From: an uncultured Acidobacteriota bacterium
GTDB lineage: Bacteria > Acidobacteriota > JAQAZP01
DNA: 64,000 nt
Assembly: GCA_963836075.1 (NCBI GenBank)
Contig: CAWIIB010000001.1
Span: 928,001-992,000 of the forward strand
Direction: 5' to 3'
The notes below the pieces were generated by a model. It worked only from the letters and a program-made list of their open reading frames with translations. It did no database searches and was not told the DNA's origin. Below, in pieces: positions 41,459 to 51,395 of this stretch (position 1 is its first letter; each line of letters opens with the position of its first letter). The translations under genes and the position numbers were made by a program.

Positions 41459-41557
41459 TGTTTGCTCCTCCAACTGATGCCCCGCCATGCGGTGCCGGTT
41501 GCCGCGCCATGTTCCAAAACCAGGCTCTGAGGGCAGCCGGGCCGTTGAAGAGGCGCT

Positions 41558-41586
41558 AATCTAGCACAGGGTGTCCGGGTTGTCAA
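41558..41586 (-). promoter_or_regulatory. Putative sigma70 promoter (coiled-coil gene / tRNA-Ala)
   Basis: TTGACA-17 bp-TAGATT with an extended TG. Confidence 0.6.
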
Positions 41587-41719
41587 TTTCAACCGGGGCT
41601 GCCGGAGAACCCCTTTTGCGGCAGGCAAAAGGGTATGGTCACCCCGAGTTACAGCCGTTATCCGGTCACTCACTGCGGTTTACGTTTTACCACGGATAAA
41701 AGTTCATTCCCAGGTCCGG

Positions 41720-41748
41720 TTGACGCTCTTCCTGCTGTTGGCTACAAT
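41720..41748 (+). promoter_or_regulatory. Putative sigma70 promoter of tRNA-Sec
   Basis: TTGACG-17 bp-TACAAT, 19 bp before the tRNA. Confidence 0.65.
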
Positions 41749-41767
41749 GCCCCTCCCATCGGCTTGA

Positions 41768-41865
41768 GGAGGCGAATGGGTGCTGGTGTGCTCCCTGGAC
41801 TTCAAATCCAGTGGCGGTATGGGAGATCATGCCGCGGTGGGTTCGATTCCCACACGCCTCCGCCA
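41768..41865 (+). tRNA. selC: tRNA-Sec (anticodon UCA)
   Basis: 98 nt; CTGGA-CTTCAAA-TCCAG anticodon arm; 6-bp D stem with 4-nt loop; long variable arm GCGGTATG/CATGCCGC; GTGGG-TTCGATT-CCCAC; GCCA end. Confidence 0.93.
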
Positions 41866-41871
41866 ACCCTC

Positions 41872-43392
41872 TCAATCATCCCAGTCAATCCGGTAGAGCC
41901 TGAAATGCTCTGTCTGGTGGACCAGTGAGAAGAGCTCGGGGTGGCGGGTCACCAGGTCGGCCAGCAGTACCCGGTCGTAGTCAAAGAATTCGATCTGCAA
42001 CAGGTAATCGGCGCTCACCTCGCGCATCACCTCCAGGCGCCAGAGCTGGTCGGCGGAGGCGGCATCCTGATCCGTTCCTTGCCGCTTGCCCCGGGCCATC
42101 TCCCACCGTCTGAACCAGTCCTCGAAGGGCCGGTAGTAGGGCCCCGAGACCCGGCCGGTATAGTAATGCACAATCCGTGGGCGAATGGAGATGATGACAT
42201 CGTCCTCGGCGGTGTTCGCCCGGATGTGCTCGAAAAATGCCGTGGCCTCCGGGCCAGTGACCCCGTTGGGGATGGTACGGAGGTTGAGCCGGATATAGCT
42301 GGTGCCGTAGGAAAGCAGCAGGGCCAGAATCAGGCCCGTCCGCGCCAGGGTTCGCAGCCGGTTTCGGGTGAAGAGCCGGTCAATCCCCTCGAAGAGGTAG
42401 AGGAGCAGAATAGGAAAGATCGGCACAAGGTAGCGCGGGGACCCGCCGGGATAGATCAGCAGGACCAGCAGGTAGAGAATGAAAAAGATGTCGATCAGAT
42501 CCGGCCCCTTGATCAGGCGCCGCAGGAAGAGGTAGAGCAGCGCCACCCCGGCCAGGGCGGCCACCACGATGCACAGCCGTATAGGGCTCTCCGCGCCCCA
42601 GAGGCCCACGTAGTTGCGCAGACGCAGCATCAGACTGAAGAGATAGACCCGCCAGTCGGCCTCACCAATCCAGGACAGATACCCGGCGCCACCGGGTAAG
42701 GTAAAAAACTGCACCACAGCCACCGGCAGGGCGATGAGACCCGCTTTGAAGGTCGGTGCCGAGATCCGGCGGGTTCGCAGCAGGTCGAGCAGGATGGCCG
42801 CCGGCAGGACGACGACCCCCGCGGTCCGGGTGGCAAAGGAGAGATAGGCCAGCAGGCCGGCGGCGAGGAACCCGTAGCGGGCCCAGTGGGAACCGCTGGT
42901 GGCTTCGGCTGACCTCCGGACCGCCAGCAGGGCGGCATAGGTAAAGAAGATGAACGGGATGTCGGACAGGATGGAGTCCTTCATCTGCCAGCAGTGGGGA
43001 TTGAGGGCCACCAGGGCCAGGACCGCCAGCAGAGAAACGGGCTCCAGCCGGCGGGTGAAGAGCCGGGCCATCAGGAAGAGCGCCGGGATGAAGAAAATCA
43101 GGTTGATCAGCTTGAGGGCTTCGAGGTCGGGCCCGAACAGGGCCTGGAACGGGACCAGCACCGCGGGGTAAACCGGGGGGTAGGCATCGGGGTACGGCGA
43201 CGGAGTGATGAGCCGGCTCACCGCCACCCCGGAGAGGGCGTAGGGCTCGCCGCCGGCCAGGTGATCCGCGTGCTGCAGATACTGGGCAAAGTCACCGGTC
43301 CAGACGTGGCCCTGCCGGAAACTGAAGAGATAGAACAGGCCCACGGCGAGCAGAAGCAGGAACATGGCGCGCTGGGAGGGCTGTCTGTTCAT
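41872..43392 (-). CDS. GT-C fold (ArnT/PMT-like) membrane glycosyltransferase
   Basis: Many TM segments; GD..QY after TM1; YPPVYP, SDIPF, TRTAG and RYLVP motifs. Confidence 0.72.
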   Translation of the reverse strand: MNRQPSQRAMFLLLLAVGLFYLFSFRQGHVWTGDFAQYLQHADHLAGGEPYALSGVAVSRLITPSPYPDAYPPVYPAVLVPFQALFGPDLEALKLINLIFFIPALFLMARLFTRRLEPVSLLAVLALVALNPHCWQMKDSILSDIPFIFFTYAALLAVRRSAEATSGSHWARYGFLAAGLLAYLSFATRTAGVVVLPAAILLDLLRTRRISAPTFKAGLIALPVAVVQFFTLPGGAGYLSWIGEADWRVYLFSLMLRLRNYVGLWGAESPIRLCIVVAALAGVALLYLFLRRLIKGPDLIDIFFILYLLVLLIYPGGSPRYLVPIFPILLLYLFEGIDRLFTRNRLRTLARTGLILALLLSYGTSYIRLNLRTIPNGVTGPEATAFFEHIRANTAEDDVIISIRPRIVHYYTGRVSGPYYRPFEDWFRRWEMARGKRQGTDQDAASADQLWRLEVMREVSADYLLQIEFFDYDRVLLADLVTRHPELFSLVHQTEHFRLYRIDWDD

Positions 43393-43398
43393 GGTCGA

Positions 43399-44826
43399 TC
43401 AGTTCTTCACTTCGCCCCAGGAGGAGACGATGCCATTCATCTCCCCGGGTGCGGTCCCGTCGACAATGCCCTGCGCGGCGGCCAGGCCCATCTGCAGGCA
43501 CTGGTAGACGTCGACGTAGCGGAAGAGCGCCTGCCGGCCGCAGTGCCGCAGGTTTTCGATCCGGCTCATCCCCTCCAGGTATCGCTGCAGCCGTTCCTGG
43601 TAGTCCACAGTGTACACCGGGTAGCAATAGGGCCGGCGGACCACGCTGTGGTTTTCCACTTCCCAGGCATCCAGCAGTCCCAGCCGCTCCAGCCCGGCAA
43701 CCGATTTCTCCAGCAGCTGGGCGTCGCTCATCCCGCCGCTGTCGGTGATCTCCAGGGTCAGGCCGGTCCGCCCGGTCCCGGGCACCGTCTCGGGACTGAG
43801 GTGACGGACTTCGCTCCCCCGCTGAAAGAGGATGTCCTGGTCATGAAAGTAGACCACACGCGTGTCGAGCACCTGGGGCCGGGCGACCTCCAGGTAGAGC
43901 AGCGCCAGGCCGCGATAGGTCAGCCCCAGACCCCAGCGGCGGGTTTCCTCGTCCAGGCCCGGAATGGCGCCCACCAGCTCCGGCACCGGCAGCGTGGAGA
44001 CCACCCAGTCGGCCGCCACATGACCACCGCCGTTGTCATTGTCGAACCGGATGCTCCGGACACGAGTGCCGTCGAGGCTCAGTTCCTTCACCCGGCTTGC
44101 CAGGTGGATCTCCCCTCCGGCGGCCCGGACCTGTTCGGCGATGGCGTGGCTGATCTGCCAGTAACCCTTCCTCGGGTAGTGAATCTGCACTGCTCCGGAC
44201 TGCCCCTGCAGTGGTCCGCTCTTCTTACCTCCCGACCGTCCGGGAACACGGAAGAGCGCCCGGAGCAGCCGCCAGGGGCTGATTCGTGGAATGCGCTCGG
44301 AGGCGAAGTTGGCGGCCAGGGTCTCCGGCGGCACGCCCCAGGTCTTGCTGGAGAACGGGCCGAAAAAGTGATCGTAGAGCCCCTGGCCAAAGTGCAGCAC
44401 GATCCAGTCGCGGAAGTTGTCCACCCTGGGCCGGGTGCAGCCGCGGCGGATCGCGGAAAAGACGTAGTCCATACCGCAGCGCAGCAGGACCTGGGGCGGC
44501 AGGTTGGCCGCGGCCGAGGCGACGCTCAACGGGTAGTCGAGGGTCCGGCCGCGAAAGACGATCTTCTTGCCGCCATACAGCGGGCCGTATTCCAGCAGGT
44601 CGTCGCCCAGCAGATCCTTGATTCGCCGGAACACTTCGGGATCCTTGGAGTAGAAGGAATGCGGCCCGTAGTCAAAGGTGTAGCCGCGGCTGAAGTGACT
44701 GCCGGCCAGACCGCCCACCCGCGGCTGGGCCTCGATCAGGGTGACCCGGCAGCCGGCCTCGGCCAGCCCCCAGGCCACAGCCAGACCACTCATTCCGGCA
44801 CCGAGAATGATCGCCGAGGGTTTCAC
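43399..44826 (-). CDS. FAD-dependent oxidoreductase (protoporphyrinogen oxidase / Glf-like family)
   Basis: IILGAGMSGLA...EA..RVGGL..S....GY.FDYGPH; YPVY; GRQ.LF.Y. Confidence 0.8.
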   Translation of the reverse strand: MKPSAIILGAGMSGLAVAWGLAEAGCRVTLIEAQPRVGGLAGSHFSRGYTFDYGPHSFYSKDPEVFRRIKDLLGDDLLEYGPLYGGKKIVFRGRTLDYPLSVASAAANLPPQVLLRCGMDYVFSAIRRGCTRPRVDNFRDWIVLHFGQGLYDHFFGPFSSKTWGVPPETLAANFASERIPRISPWRLLRALFRVPGRSGGKKSGPLQGQSGAVQIHYPRKGYWQISHAIAEQVRAAGGEIHLASRVKELSLDGTRVRSIRFDNDNGGGHVAADWVVSTLPVPELVGAIPGLDEETRRWGLGLTYRGLALLYLEVARPQVLDTRVVYFHDQDILFQRGSEVRHLSPETVPGTGRTGLTLEITDSGGMSDAQLLEKSVAGLERLGLLDAWEVENHSVVRRPYCYPVYTVDYQERLQRYLEGMSRIENLRHCGRQALFRYVDVYQCLQMGLAAAQGIVDGTAPGEMNGIVSSWGEVKN

Positions 44827-44839
44827 GCCGCCACCCCCC

Positions 44840-46075
44840 TCAAAACCCGAAGGCGCGGCGGATGGCCGCGGCCACCGTCTCCACGCTCTCCGCGCCCATA
44901 CCGGAGAAAAGCGGCAGGATGAGCACCCGTTCCCGCGCCTCCTCGCTGCGGGGAAGCGACCAGCCGGCCGGCCGGTAGGGCTCCTCCTGGTGTGCGTTCA
45001 TGATCCCGGGGCGGCTGGCAATCCCCTGGCGCAGCAGGGTCTGCATCAGGTCCGCCTGGTTCAGTGGCGTGTCCTCCAGCAGACGCACCGGGTAGCTCTG
45101 CCAGTTGGGACGGGTATGAACTGCCGGGCGCGGCGGCTCCAGCCACGGGATGCCGTCCAGCAGGTCGGTGTACAGCCCGGCCAGCCTCCGGCGCTCGGCG
45201 ATGTTCTCCTCCAGCTTGTCCAGCTGCACCAGTCCCATGGCCGCCTGGATGTCGGTCATCCGGTAGTTGTAGGCGGTCTCCAGGTAGCGCTCCACGATCA
45301 CCTCGTCCGAGCGGTGGCGCTTCTCGTCGGAGACGTCCATCCCGTGGTGGCGCAGCACCCTGAACCGGGCGTCAAGGTCGCCGTCCGTGGTGGTGATCAT
45401 TCCGCCGTCGCCGGTGGTGATCAGTTTGCGCGGGTGAAAGCTGAAACAGGCGGTCTGGCCCCGGGGCCGCCCCACCCGCTCCCAGTCCGCCTCTTCAGCG
45501 GCCAGCGCACTGCCCGCGGCACAGGCCGCATCCTCCACCACCGGCACCCCGTAGCGAGCACCGAGCTCGATGACCCGCCCCAGGTCTGCGGGAAAGCCCA
45601 TCTGGTGCACCGGCACGATGGCGGCCAGGCGTCCCGCGGCCGTCCGCCCGGCCAGCGGGGACTCACCCACCGCGATCCGCGACAGATCACGGAAGTAGTA
45701 CCCTTCTTTTCGCGGCTCGAACTCCTTGTCCAGCAGGCGGTGCAGGCTGTCGGGGTCGATGCAGAAGGTTTCGGGCAGGATGTCGGCAAAGACCGGCTCG
45801 GCGCCGCACAGACGCACCGCATTGGCCGTGGCGATAAAACTGTGGCTCACCGTGGCCACCACGTCCCCGGGCCCCACGCCGGCGCCGCGCAGGGCCAGGT
45901 GCAGGGCGGCGGTGCAACTGGACACGGCACAGGCGTGGGCCGCGCCGGTGTAACGGGCGAAGGCCCTCTCGAACTCGGCGACCTTCGGCCCCTGGGTCAC
46001 CCAGCCGGAGAGCACCACCTGGCGGATCGCCTCCGCCTCCTCCTCACCGAGCAGTGGTTTGATGATCGGGATCAT
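44840..46075 (-). CDS. DegT/DnrJ/EryC1/StrS sugar aminotransferase
   Basis: SSCTAALH, EDAAC, FSFHPRKLITTGDGG and YNYRMTDIQAA motifs. Confidence 0.92.
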   Translation of the reverse strand: MIPIIKPLLGEEEAEAIRQVVLSGWVTQGPKVAEFERAFARYTGAAHACAVSSCTAALHLALRGAGVGPGDVVATVSHSFIATANAVRLCGAEPVFADILPETFCIDPDSLHRLLDKEFEPRKEGYYFRDLSRIAVGESPLAGRTAAGRLAAIVPVHQMGFPADLGRVIELGARYGVPVVEDAACAAGSALAAEEADWERVGRPRGQTACFSFHPRKLITTGDGGMITTTDGDLDARFRVLRHHGMDVSDEKRHRSDEVIVERYLETAYNYRMTDIQAAMGLVQLDKLEENIAERRRLAGLYTDLLDGIPWLEPPRPAVHTRPNWQSYPVRLLEDTPLNQADLMQTLLRQGIASRPGIMNAHQEEPYRPAGWSLPRSEEARERVLILPLFSGMGAESVETVAAAIRRAFGF

Positions 46076-47082
46076 CGTACCTCTTCCCAGTTGCGGGCCA
46101 CTTCCTCACCGGCCAGCGTACGGAGCCCGGCGGGGTGGTGGCGGAACCAGTCCACCGTGCGGGTCAACCCCTCCTCCAGGCCCACTTCGGGCGCCCAGCC
46201 GGTGAGCGCCTTGAAGCGCGAAGCATCGGAATAGAGACGGTCCACGTCACCCGGCCGCCGCGGCATTCGGCGCGGCTCCCGGGCCAGGTGTCCCGCCTGG
46301 CTGATGATCATCCCCACCAAACGCCGGACGGTGATCTCACGGCCGCTGCCCACGTTGAGCGTCCGGCCCACGGCGGCATCGCACTGGGCCGCGGAGACCA
46401 GGGCCCGGGCCACATCGGTGACGTAGGTGAAATCGCGGGTCTGGTCACCGTCGCCGAAAATCACCGGCGGTTCGCCGGTCAGCGCGCGAACGATCGACTT
46501 GGGGATCACCTCCCCGGCCAGCCCCTCGTGGTGCGACCGCGGGCCAAAGGTGTTGAACGGCCGCAGCATCATTGCCGGCAGCCCACGGCTGTTGCGCAGG
46601 GCCCGGACATAGGCCTCCCCGGCCAGCTTGCTCGCCCCGTACACCGTGCGCGGCATGGTGGGGTGGTCCTCGTTCATCGGCACTGAATGGGCCGTGCCAT
46701 AGACCTCCGAGGAGGAGATGTGGACATAGAGGGAGACACCCCGGTCACAGGCCGCCTGGGCCACGGTCAGCGACCCGCCGGCGTTGACCCTGTGGTTTTC
46801 CTGCGGGTGCAGCAGCGAGTGCCGGACCCCGAGGCAGGCCAGATGGAACACCACGTCCACGCCGGCCAGGGCGTTGAACACCTGCGCCGTCTCGCTGACG
46901 CTGCCCTCGACCAGCTCCACCTCCCGGTTACCGGAATGGCCGGCAAGATTTGCCAGCTTCCCGGTGACCAGGTTGTCCAGGATGCGCACACGGCAACCGA
47001 TGTCCACCAGTAAATCCACCAGGTGGGACCCGATAAATCCGGCGCCGCCGGTCACCAGCACCTGCTTGCCCTTCAGGAACAT
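46072..47082 (-). CDS. NAD-dependent nucleotide-sugar epimerase/dehydratase
   Basis: VLVTGGAGFIGS, SSSEVYG, YGASK and RDFTYV motifs; start re-assigned to 47082. Confidence 0.92.
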   Translation of the reverse strand: MFLKGKQVLVTGGAGFIGSHLVDLLVDIGCRVRILDNLVTGKLANLAGHSGNREVELVEGSVSETAQVFNALAGVDVVFHLACLGVRHSLLHPQENHRVNAGGSLTVAQAACDRGVSLYVHISSSEVYGTAHSVPMNEDHPTMPRTVYGASKLAGEAYVRALRNSRGLPAMMLRPFNTFGPRSHHEGLAGEVIPKSIVRALTGEPPVIFGDGDQTRDFTYVTDVARALVSAAQCDAAVGRTLNVGSGREITVRRLVGMIISQAGHLAREPRRMPRRPGDVDRLYSDASRFKALTGWAPEVGLEEGLTRTVDWFRHHPAGLRTLAGEEVARNWEEVR

Positions 47083-48215
47083 GATCGGGCTGCCTCCAGG
47101 CTGTTGATCTTCTCCAGTGCCCGCTCCAGCTCGCGGCAGACCTGGTCCACCTGACCATCGGTCATTTCGGCAAAGATGGGCAGGGACAACTGCCGCCGGG
47201 CGCACCGCTCGGTCACGCCGAGGGCGCCCTCCGCGGGCGCCAGGTGGCGAAACGGCGGCGTTTGGTGCAGGGGTACCGGGTAGTGGACGCCCGTCTCCAC
47301 GCCGCGCCGCCGCAGTTCCCCGGCCACGTCGTCACGCCGGTCCAGTCGGATGACGAACTGGTGATAGACATGGGTCCGGCCCTCGCCCTCCACCGGCAGC
47401 TCGACGCCGGACAGCCGTTCCAGGCGCCGGCGGTAGCGGCTGGCCAGCTCGCACCGCCGCTGGTTCCAGCGGGGGAGCCGCGAGAGTTTGACCCGCAGCG
47501 CCGCAGCCTGCAGGGCGTCGCAACGCCCGTTGCCTCCCCGGACCTCGTGGACATTTTTATCTGACTGCCCCTGGTGGCGCAGCATTCGGACCGTGTGGGC
47601 CAGGCCCTGGTCGCCGGTCACCACCGCCCCGGCCTCACCGCAGGCGCCGAGGTTCTTTGCCGGGTAGAAGGAGAACGCCGCCGCACTGCCCATTGAACCT
47701 GCCGGGCGGCCACGGTATTCGGCCAGGTGGGCCTGGCAGGCGTCCTCCACCACCCAGAGACCCCGCTCCCCGGCAAAACGGTTGATCGAATCCATGTCTG
47801 CGGTCTGGCCGAAGAGGTGCACCGGCAGGATGCCGCGGGTGCGCCGGGTGACCGCCGCCTCGAGCTTGGCCGGATCGAGGGTGCAGGTCCCGGGTTCGAC
47901 GTCGACAAAAACCACCTCTCCCCCCGCCTGGACGATGGCCGCGGCGGTGGCGATGAACGTGTTGGCCACGGTGATCACTTCGTCTCCCGGTTCCAGGCCC
48001 AGCGCCCTGAGGGTGAAGTACAGGGCATCGGTACCGCTGCTCACCGCCACGCAGTGCGGGGCCGAGCAGGCCGCGGCAAATTCCTCCTCGAAGGCCTCCA
48101 CTTCCCTGCCGCCCACAAAGGCGCCCGAGTCGAGGATCGCCTCCCAGCGGGCAAGAATCTCGCCCTTCAGTTCCCGGTGCTGGGCCGGGAGATCGATCAT
48201 CGGCACCCTGTTCAT
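47073..48215 (-). CDS. DegT-family aminotransferase (WbpE/FdtB-like)
   Basis: SSGTDAL, PVHLFGQ, EDACQAH and FSFYPAKNLGACGEAG motifs. Confidence 0.92.
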   Translation of the reverse strand: MNRVPMIDLPAQHRELKGEILARWEAILDSGAFVGGREVEAFEEEFAAACSAPHCVAVSSGTDALYFTLRALGLEPGDEVITVANTFIATAAAIVQAGGEVVFVDVEPGTCTLDPAKLEAAVTRRTRGILPVHLFGQTADMDSINRFAGERGLWVVEDACQAHLAEYRGRPAGSMGSAAAFSFYPAKNLGACGEAGAVVTGDQGLAHTVRMLRHQGQSDKNVHEVRGGNGRCDALQAAALRVKLSRLPRWNQRRCELASRYRRRLERLSGVELPVEGEGRTHVYHQFVIRLDRRDDVAGELRRRGVETGVHYPVPLHQTPPFRHLAPAEGALGVTERCARRQLSLPIFAEMTDGQVDQVCRELERALEKINSLEAARSCS

Positions 48216-48688
48216 CGCCCTCCGCCCCCCAGACAGCGGGCCGGGTTTCCGGCCCAGGTTTCATCGGGCGGCACATCCCGGGTCACCACGCTGCCCGCGC
48301 CGACCATGGCCCCGGCGCCGATGGTCACTCCGCAGAGGATGGTGGCGCCCGACCCGATGGACGCCCGCTCCTCCACCCTGGTGGGCACCGGCGTCCAGTC
48401 CTGCTCGGTCTGCAGCGCCCCGTCCTCCCCGGTGGCCCGCGGCCGGCGGTCGTTGATGAACGTCACGTTGTGCCCGATAAAAACGCCGTCGCCGATCTCC
48501 ACCCCCTCGCAGATAAAGGTGTGGCTGGAAATCTTGCAGTCGCTCCCCACCCGTGCGCCCTTCTGGATTTCCACAAAAGTGCCGATCTTTGTCCGGTCAC
48601 CCACCACACAGCCGTAGAGGTTGACAAAGGCGTGCATCTGCACCCCGGCGCCCAGCTGTACATCAGGCGCGATGCGGCAGAACTCCAT
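48212..48688 (-). CDS. Hexapeptide-repeat sugar N-acetyltransferase (WbpD/WlbB-like)
   Basis: FVNLYGC, KISSHTFICEGV, FIND and AGNPAR motifs. Confidence 0.88.
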   Translation of the reverse strand: MEFCRIAPDVQLGAGVQMHAFVNLYGCVVGDRTKIGTFVEIQKGARVGSDCKISSHTFICEGVEIGDGVFIGHNVTFINDRRPRATGEDGALQTEQDWTPVPTRVEERASIGSGATILCGVTIGAGAMVGAGSVVTRDVPPDETWAGNPARCLGGGGR

Positions 48689-48690
48689 GG

Positions 48691-49755
48691 TCAGACCTCG
48701 ATGGGGATGTTGGCCCCGTGGGCCTTGATCGACCGGTCGGCGGCCTCGAGAATGGCCAGAACACGCAGGGCGTCGGCGCCGTCGGTGAGCGGCTTCCGGT
48801 CATCGCGGATGCTGCAGGCGAACTCCTGAACCACCTGGGAGAGCGCTTCGGTCTGCGAGATATTCGGCGAATACATGTCGCCCGAACGGTAGGAGATCAG
48901 CCGCCGGATCTTTTCCTCGGGACGGGTTACGTCCACGTCGATCCCCTTGTCGTAGATCTTGATCTTTTCCGACTGTTCCATGTCGTCCCAGACCAGCATC
49001 TTCTCCCGCCCCCCGATCATGGTCATCCGGATTTTCACCGGGGAGAGCCAGTTGACATGAATGTGGGCGATGAAGACATCGTCGAAGTTGAGGGAGAGGT
49101 AGGCCATGCTGGCCCGCCCGTTGCCCCCGTGGCTCACCCCGTGGACGCTCACCGAAACCGGTTTTTTGTCCACCACGAAGTCGATGATCGAGAGGTCGTG
49201 GGTCGCCAGGTCCCAGACCACGTTGCAGTCGTCCTGGAACTGTCCCAGGTTGACCCGGATCGAGTCGAAGTAGAGCAGTTCGCCGAGGTCGCCCCGCTGC
49301 ACCACCTCGCGGATCTTCTGCACCGCAGCGGTGTAGCAGAATGTGTGGTCGCACATCAGCTTCAGTCCCGACCGCCGGGCCAGCTCCACCAGTTCCCTCC
49401 CCTGGTCCACACTCAACGCCAGGGGTTTCTCCAGCAGCACGTGCTTGCCCCGTTCCATCGCCGCCCGGGCGACGGGGAAATGGCTGCTCACCGGTGTGGC
49501 CACGGCCACGGCGTCCACAGCGGGGTCGTTCAATACGTCCAGGGCGTTGATGGTGGTCCGTACACCGGGATACGCGGCGGACACGTTTCCCAGCCGCTCT
49601 TCGTTCAGGTCACAGAGCCAGGCAAGTCTTGTCAGCGGGCAGGAGTGAAAATTGCGGATCAGGTTCGGCCCCCAATAGCCGCACCCCACCACCGCCACAG
49701 CGATGGTGTTGCCGGCCTCCACTGGATTCATCCTGCTTGCCAGGGGTCCGTTCAT
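48691..49755 (-). CDS. Gfo/Idh/MocA oxidoreductase (sugar 3-dehydrogenase-like)
   Basis: VVGCGYWGPNL.RN, GKHVLLEKP, DLATHD and WLSPVK motifs. Confidence 0.9.
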   Translation of the reverse strand: MNGPLASRMNPVEAGNTIAVAVVGCGYWGPNLIRNFHSCPLTRLAWLCDLNEERLGNVSAAYPGVRTTINALDVLNDPAVDAVAVATPVSSHFPVARAAMERGKHVLLEKPLALSVDQGRELVELARRSGLKLMCDHTFCYTAAVQKIREVVQRGDLGELLYFDSIRVNLGQFQDDCNVVWDLATHDLSIIDFVVDKKPVSVSVHGVSHGGNGRASMAYLSLNFDDVFIAHIHVNWLSPVKIRMTMIGGREKMLVWDDMEQSEKIKIYDKGIDVDVTRPEEKIRRLISYRSGDMYSPNISQTEALSQVVQEFACSIRDDRKPLTDGADALRVLAILEAADRSIKAHGANIPIEV

Positions 49756-50022
49756 TCCCTGCAGAGTCCCAAAATATGTGATACCTGAACCGGCAATGCG
49801 AGACTGCGTCTCGCATCAAAGACAGAAAAAACAGTCATAAGTCACAAAAAACGTCAGTCCGAAGACAATATCTATTATTTCAACAACTTGCCTCTCTTAG
49901 GTATTTCGGCACACTCAAGTTCCATAGTTAGCGTAAATAATACCCGCCCCTTCGGTGTTGCACAACAGGAAATTTTCCACGATGGACATGATTTATTTCA
50001 ATGCCCCACCCGGGGGGCCCGC

Positions 50023-50051
50023 TTGACCCGGACCGGTTCCATTGCCATACT
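50023..50051 (+). promoter_or_regulatory. Putative sigma70 promoter of the nuclease-ATPase operon
   Basis: TTGACC-17 bp-CATACT with an extended TG. Confidence 0.45.
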
Positions 50052-50126
50052 TTCATAAAACGCTCCCCCACCACAGCGACACCGGCGAGACCGCAGACAA
50101 GTTCAGGCCGTTATCAGGACAGGTGC

Positions 50127-51395
50127 ATGGACTTCAGATTCGTTCACGCGGCCGACCTCCACCTGGACACACCGTTCAGCGGCATGGCCCGGCTCTCCCC
50201 GGAGATCGCCGACCAGTTGCGTGAAGCCTCCCTGGAGGCCTTCGACGACCTGGTCCGCCTGACCATCCGGGTGGACGCGGCCTTCCTCCTGCTGGCCGGG
50301 GATATCTACGACGGCGCGGAGCGGGGCCTCCGGGCCCAGCTGCGGCTGCTCCGCGGGTTCCAGCGGCTGTCGCGGAGGGGGATCCAGGTCTTCGTCGTAC
50401 ATGGTAACCACGACCCGGCTGGCGGCTGGTCCGCGGTGCGCGATTGGCCCGCCGGGGTGACCATCTTTGAACCGGGAGAGGTGCAGCGGGTCGCCGTGGA
50501 AAAGGACGGTCAACGTCTGGCCGTGGTCCAGGGCATCAGTTATGGACAGCGGCACGAGACGGACAACCTGGCGCTCCGTTTTCACCCGCCCGAGGGTGCG
50601 GGCCTGCAGGTGGGGCTGCTGCACTGTCACGCCGGAAGCGACCCGGCCCATGCCCCATACAGTCCCTGCCGCGTGGAAGACCTGCTGTCCGCCGGCCTGG
50701 ACTACTGGGCGCTGGGCCACCTGCACCGCCGCCGGATGCTGGCCGAGGGCGGGCCGTGGATCGCCTACCCTGGCAACCTGCAGGGCCGGAGCCTCTCCCC
50801 TGCCGAGACAGGCCCCAAGGGGGCACTGGTGGCGGAAGCAACGGACAACTCCGTCCGTTCGGTCCGCTTCGTTGCGCTGGACCGCGTCCGCTTCGTCAAC
50901 GAGGAGATCCTCGCCGGCGGTCTGCAGGACCTGGCCGCGTTGAATCAGGCCCTGCTGGACCGCGCGGAGGCCATCCGAACGGAGCACGAGGGACGGCACC
51001 TGGTGTTGCGGACGACCCTCACCGGGGACGGACCGCTGCACACCCGGCTGAACAGGCCGGGCCTGCTGGACGAGATGCTGGAGGAATTGCGTCACGGCGA
51101 ACGCCGGGACGGCCCCCTGTTCTGGTGGGAGTCGATAGAGGACCGAACCCGCTCGTCCCGGGATTTGGCGGCGCTGGAGCGACGGGATGATTTCTCGGCA
51201 GCGGTGATCCGGCTCCAGCGCCGGCTGGCCGCCGACCCGGGGGCACTGCGGCGGTTCGTTGAGCAGCAGGTGGGTTCGGCCCCGCTGATGCACGGGATGG
51301 CCCGGCGCAACAGGCCTCTCGACGAGACCGCACTGCAGGACCTGCTCGGCCGCGCCCTGGACCGGGCCCTCGACCTGCTGGAGCCGGAACGATGA
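50127..51395 (+). CDS. Mre11/SbcD-like metallophosphoesterase nuclease (YhaO-like)
   Basis: HAADLHL, AGDIYD, GNHD, YWALGHLH and YPGNLQGR motifs; start MDFRF at 50127. Confidence 0.9.
   Translation: MDFRFVHAADLHLDTPFSGMARLSPEIADQLREASLEAFDDLVRLTIRVDAAFLLLAGDIYDGAERGLRAQLRLLRGFQRLSRRGIQVFVVHGNHDPAGGWSAVRDWPAGVTIFEPGEVQRVAVEKDGQRLAVVQGISYGQRHETDNLALRFHPPEGAGLQVGLLHCHAGSDPAHAPYSPCRVEDLLSAGLDYWALGHLHRRRMLAEGGPWIAYPGNLQGRSLSPAETGPKGALVAEATDNSVRSVRFVALDRVRFVNEEILAGGLQDLAALNQALLDRAEAIRTEHEGRHLVLRTTLTGDGPLHTRLNRPGLLDEMLEELRHGERRDGPLFWWESIEDRTRSSRDLAALERRDDFSAAVIRLQRRLAADPGALRRFVEQQVGSAPLMHGMARRNRPLDETALQDLLGRALDRALDLLEPER

Noticed and set aside
41865-50000. Sugar operon as an island integrated at tRNA-Sec
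   Set aside because: No duplicate of the selC 3' end and no integrase found; codon usage looks host-like.
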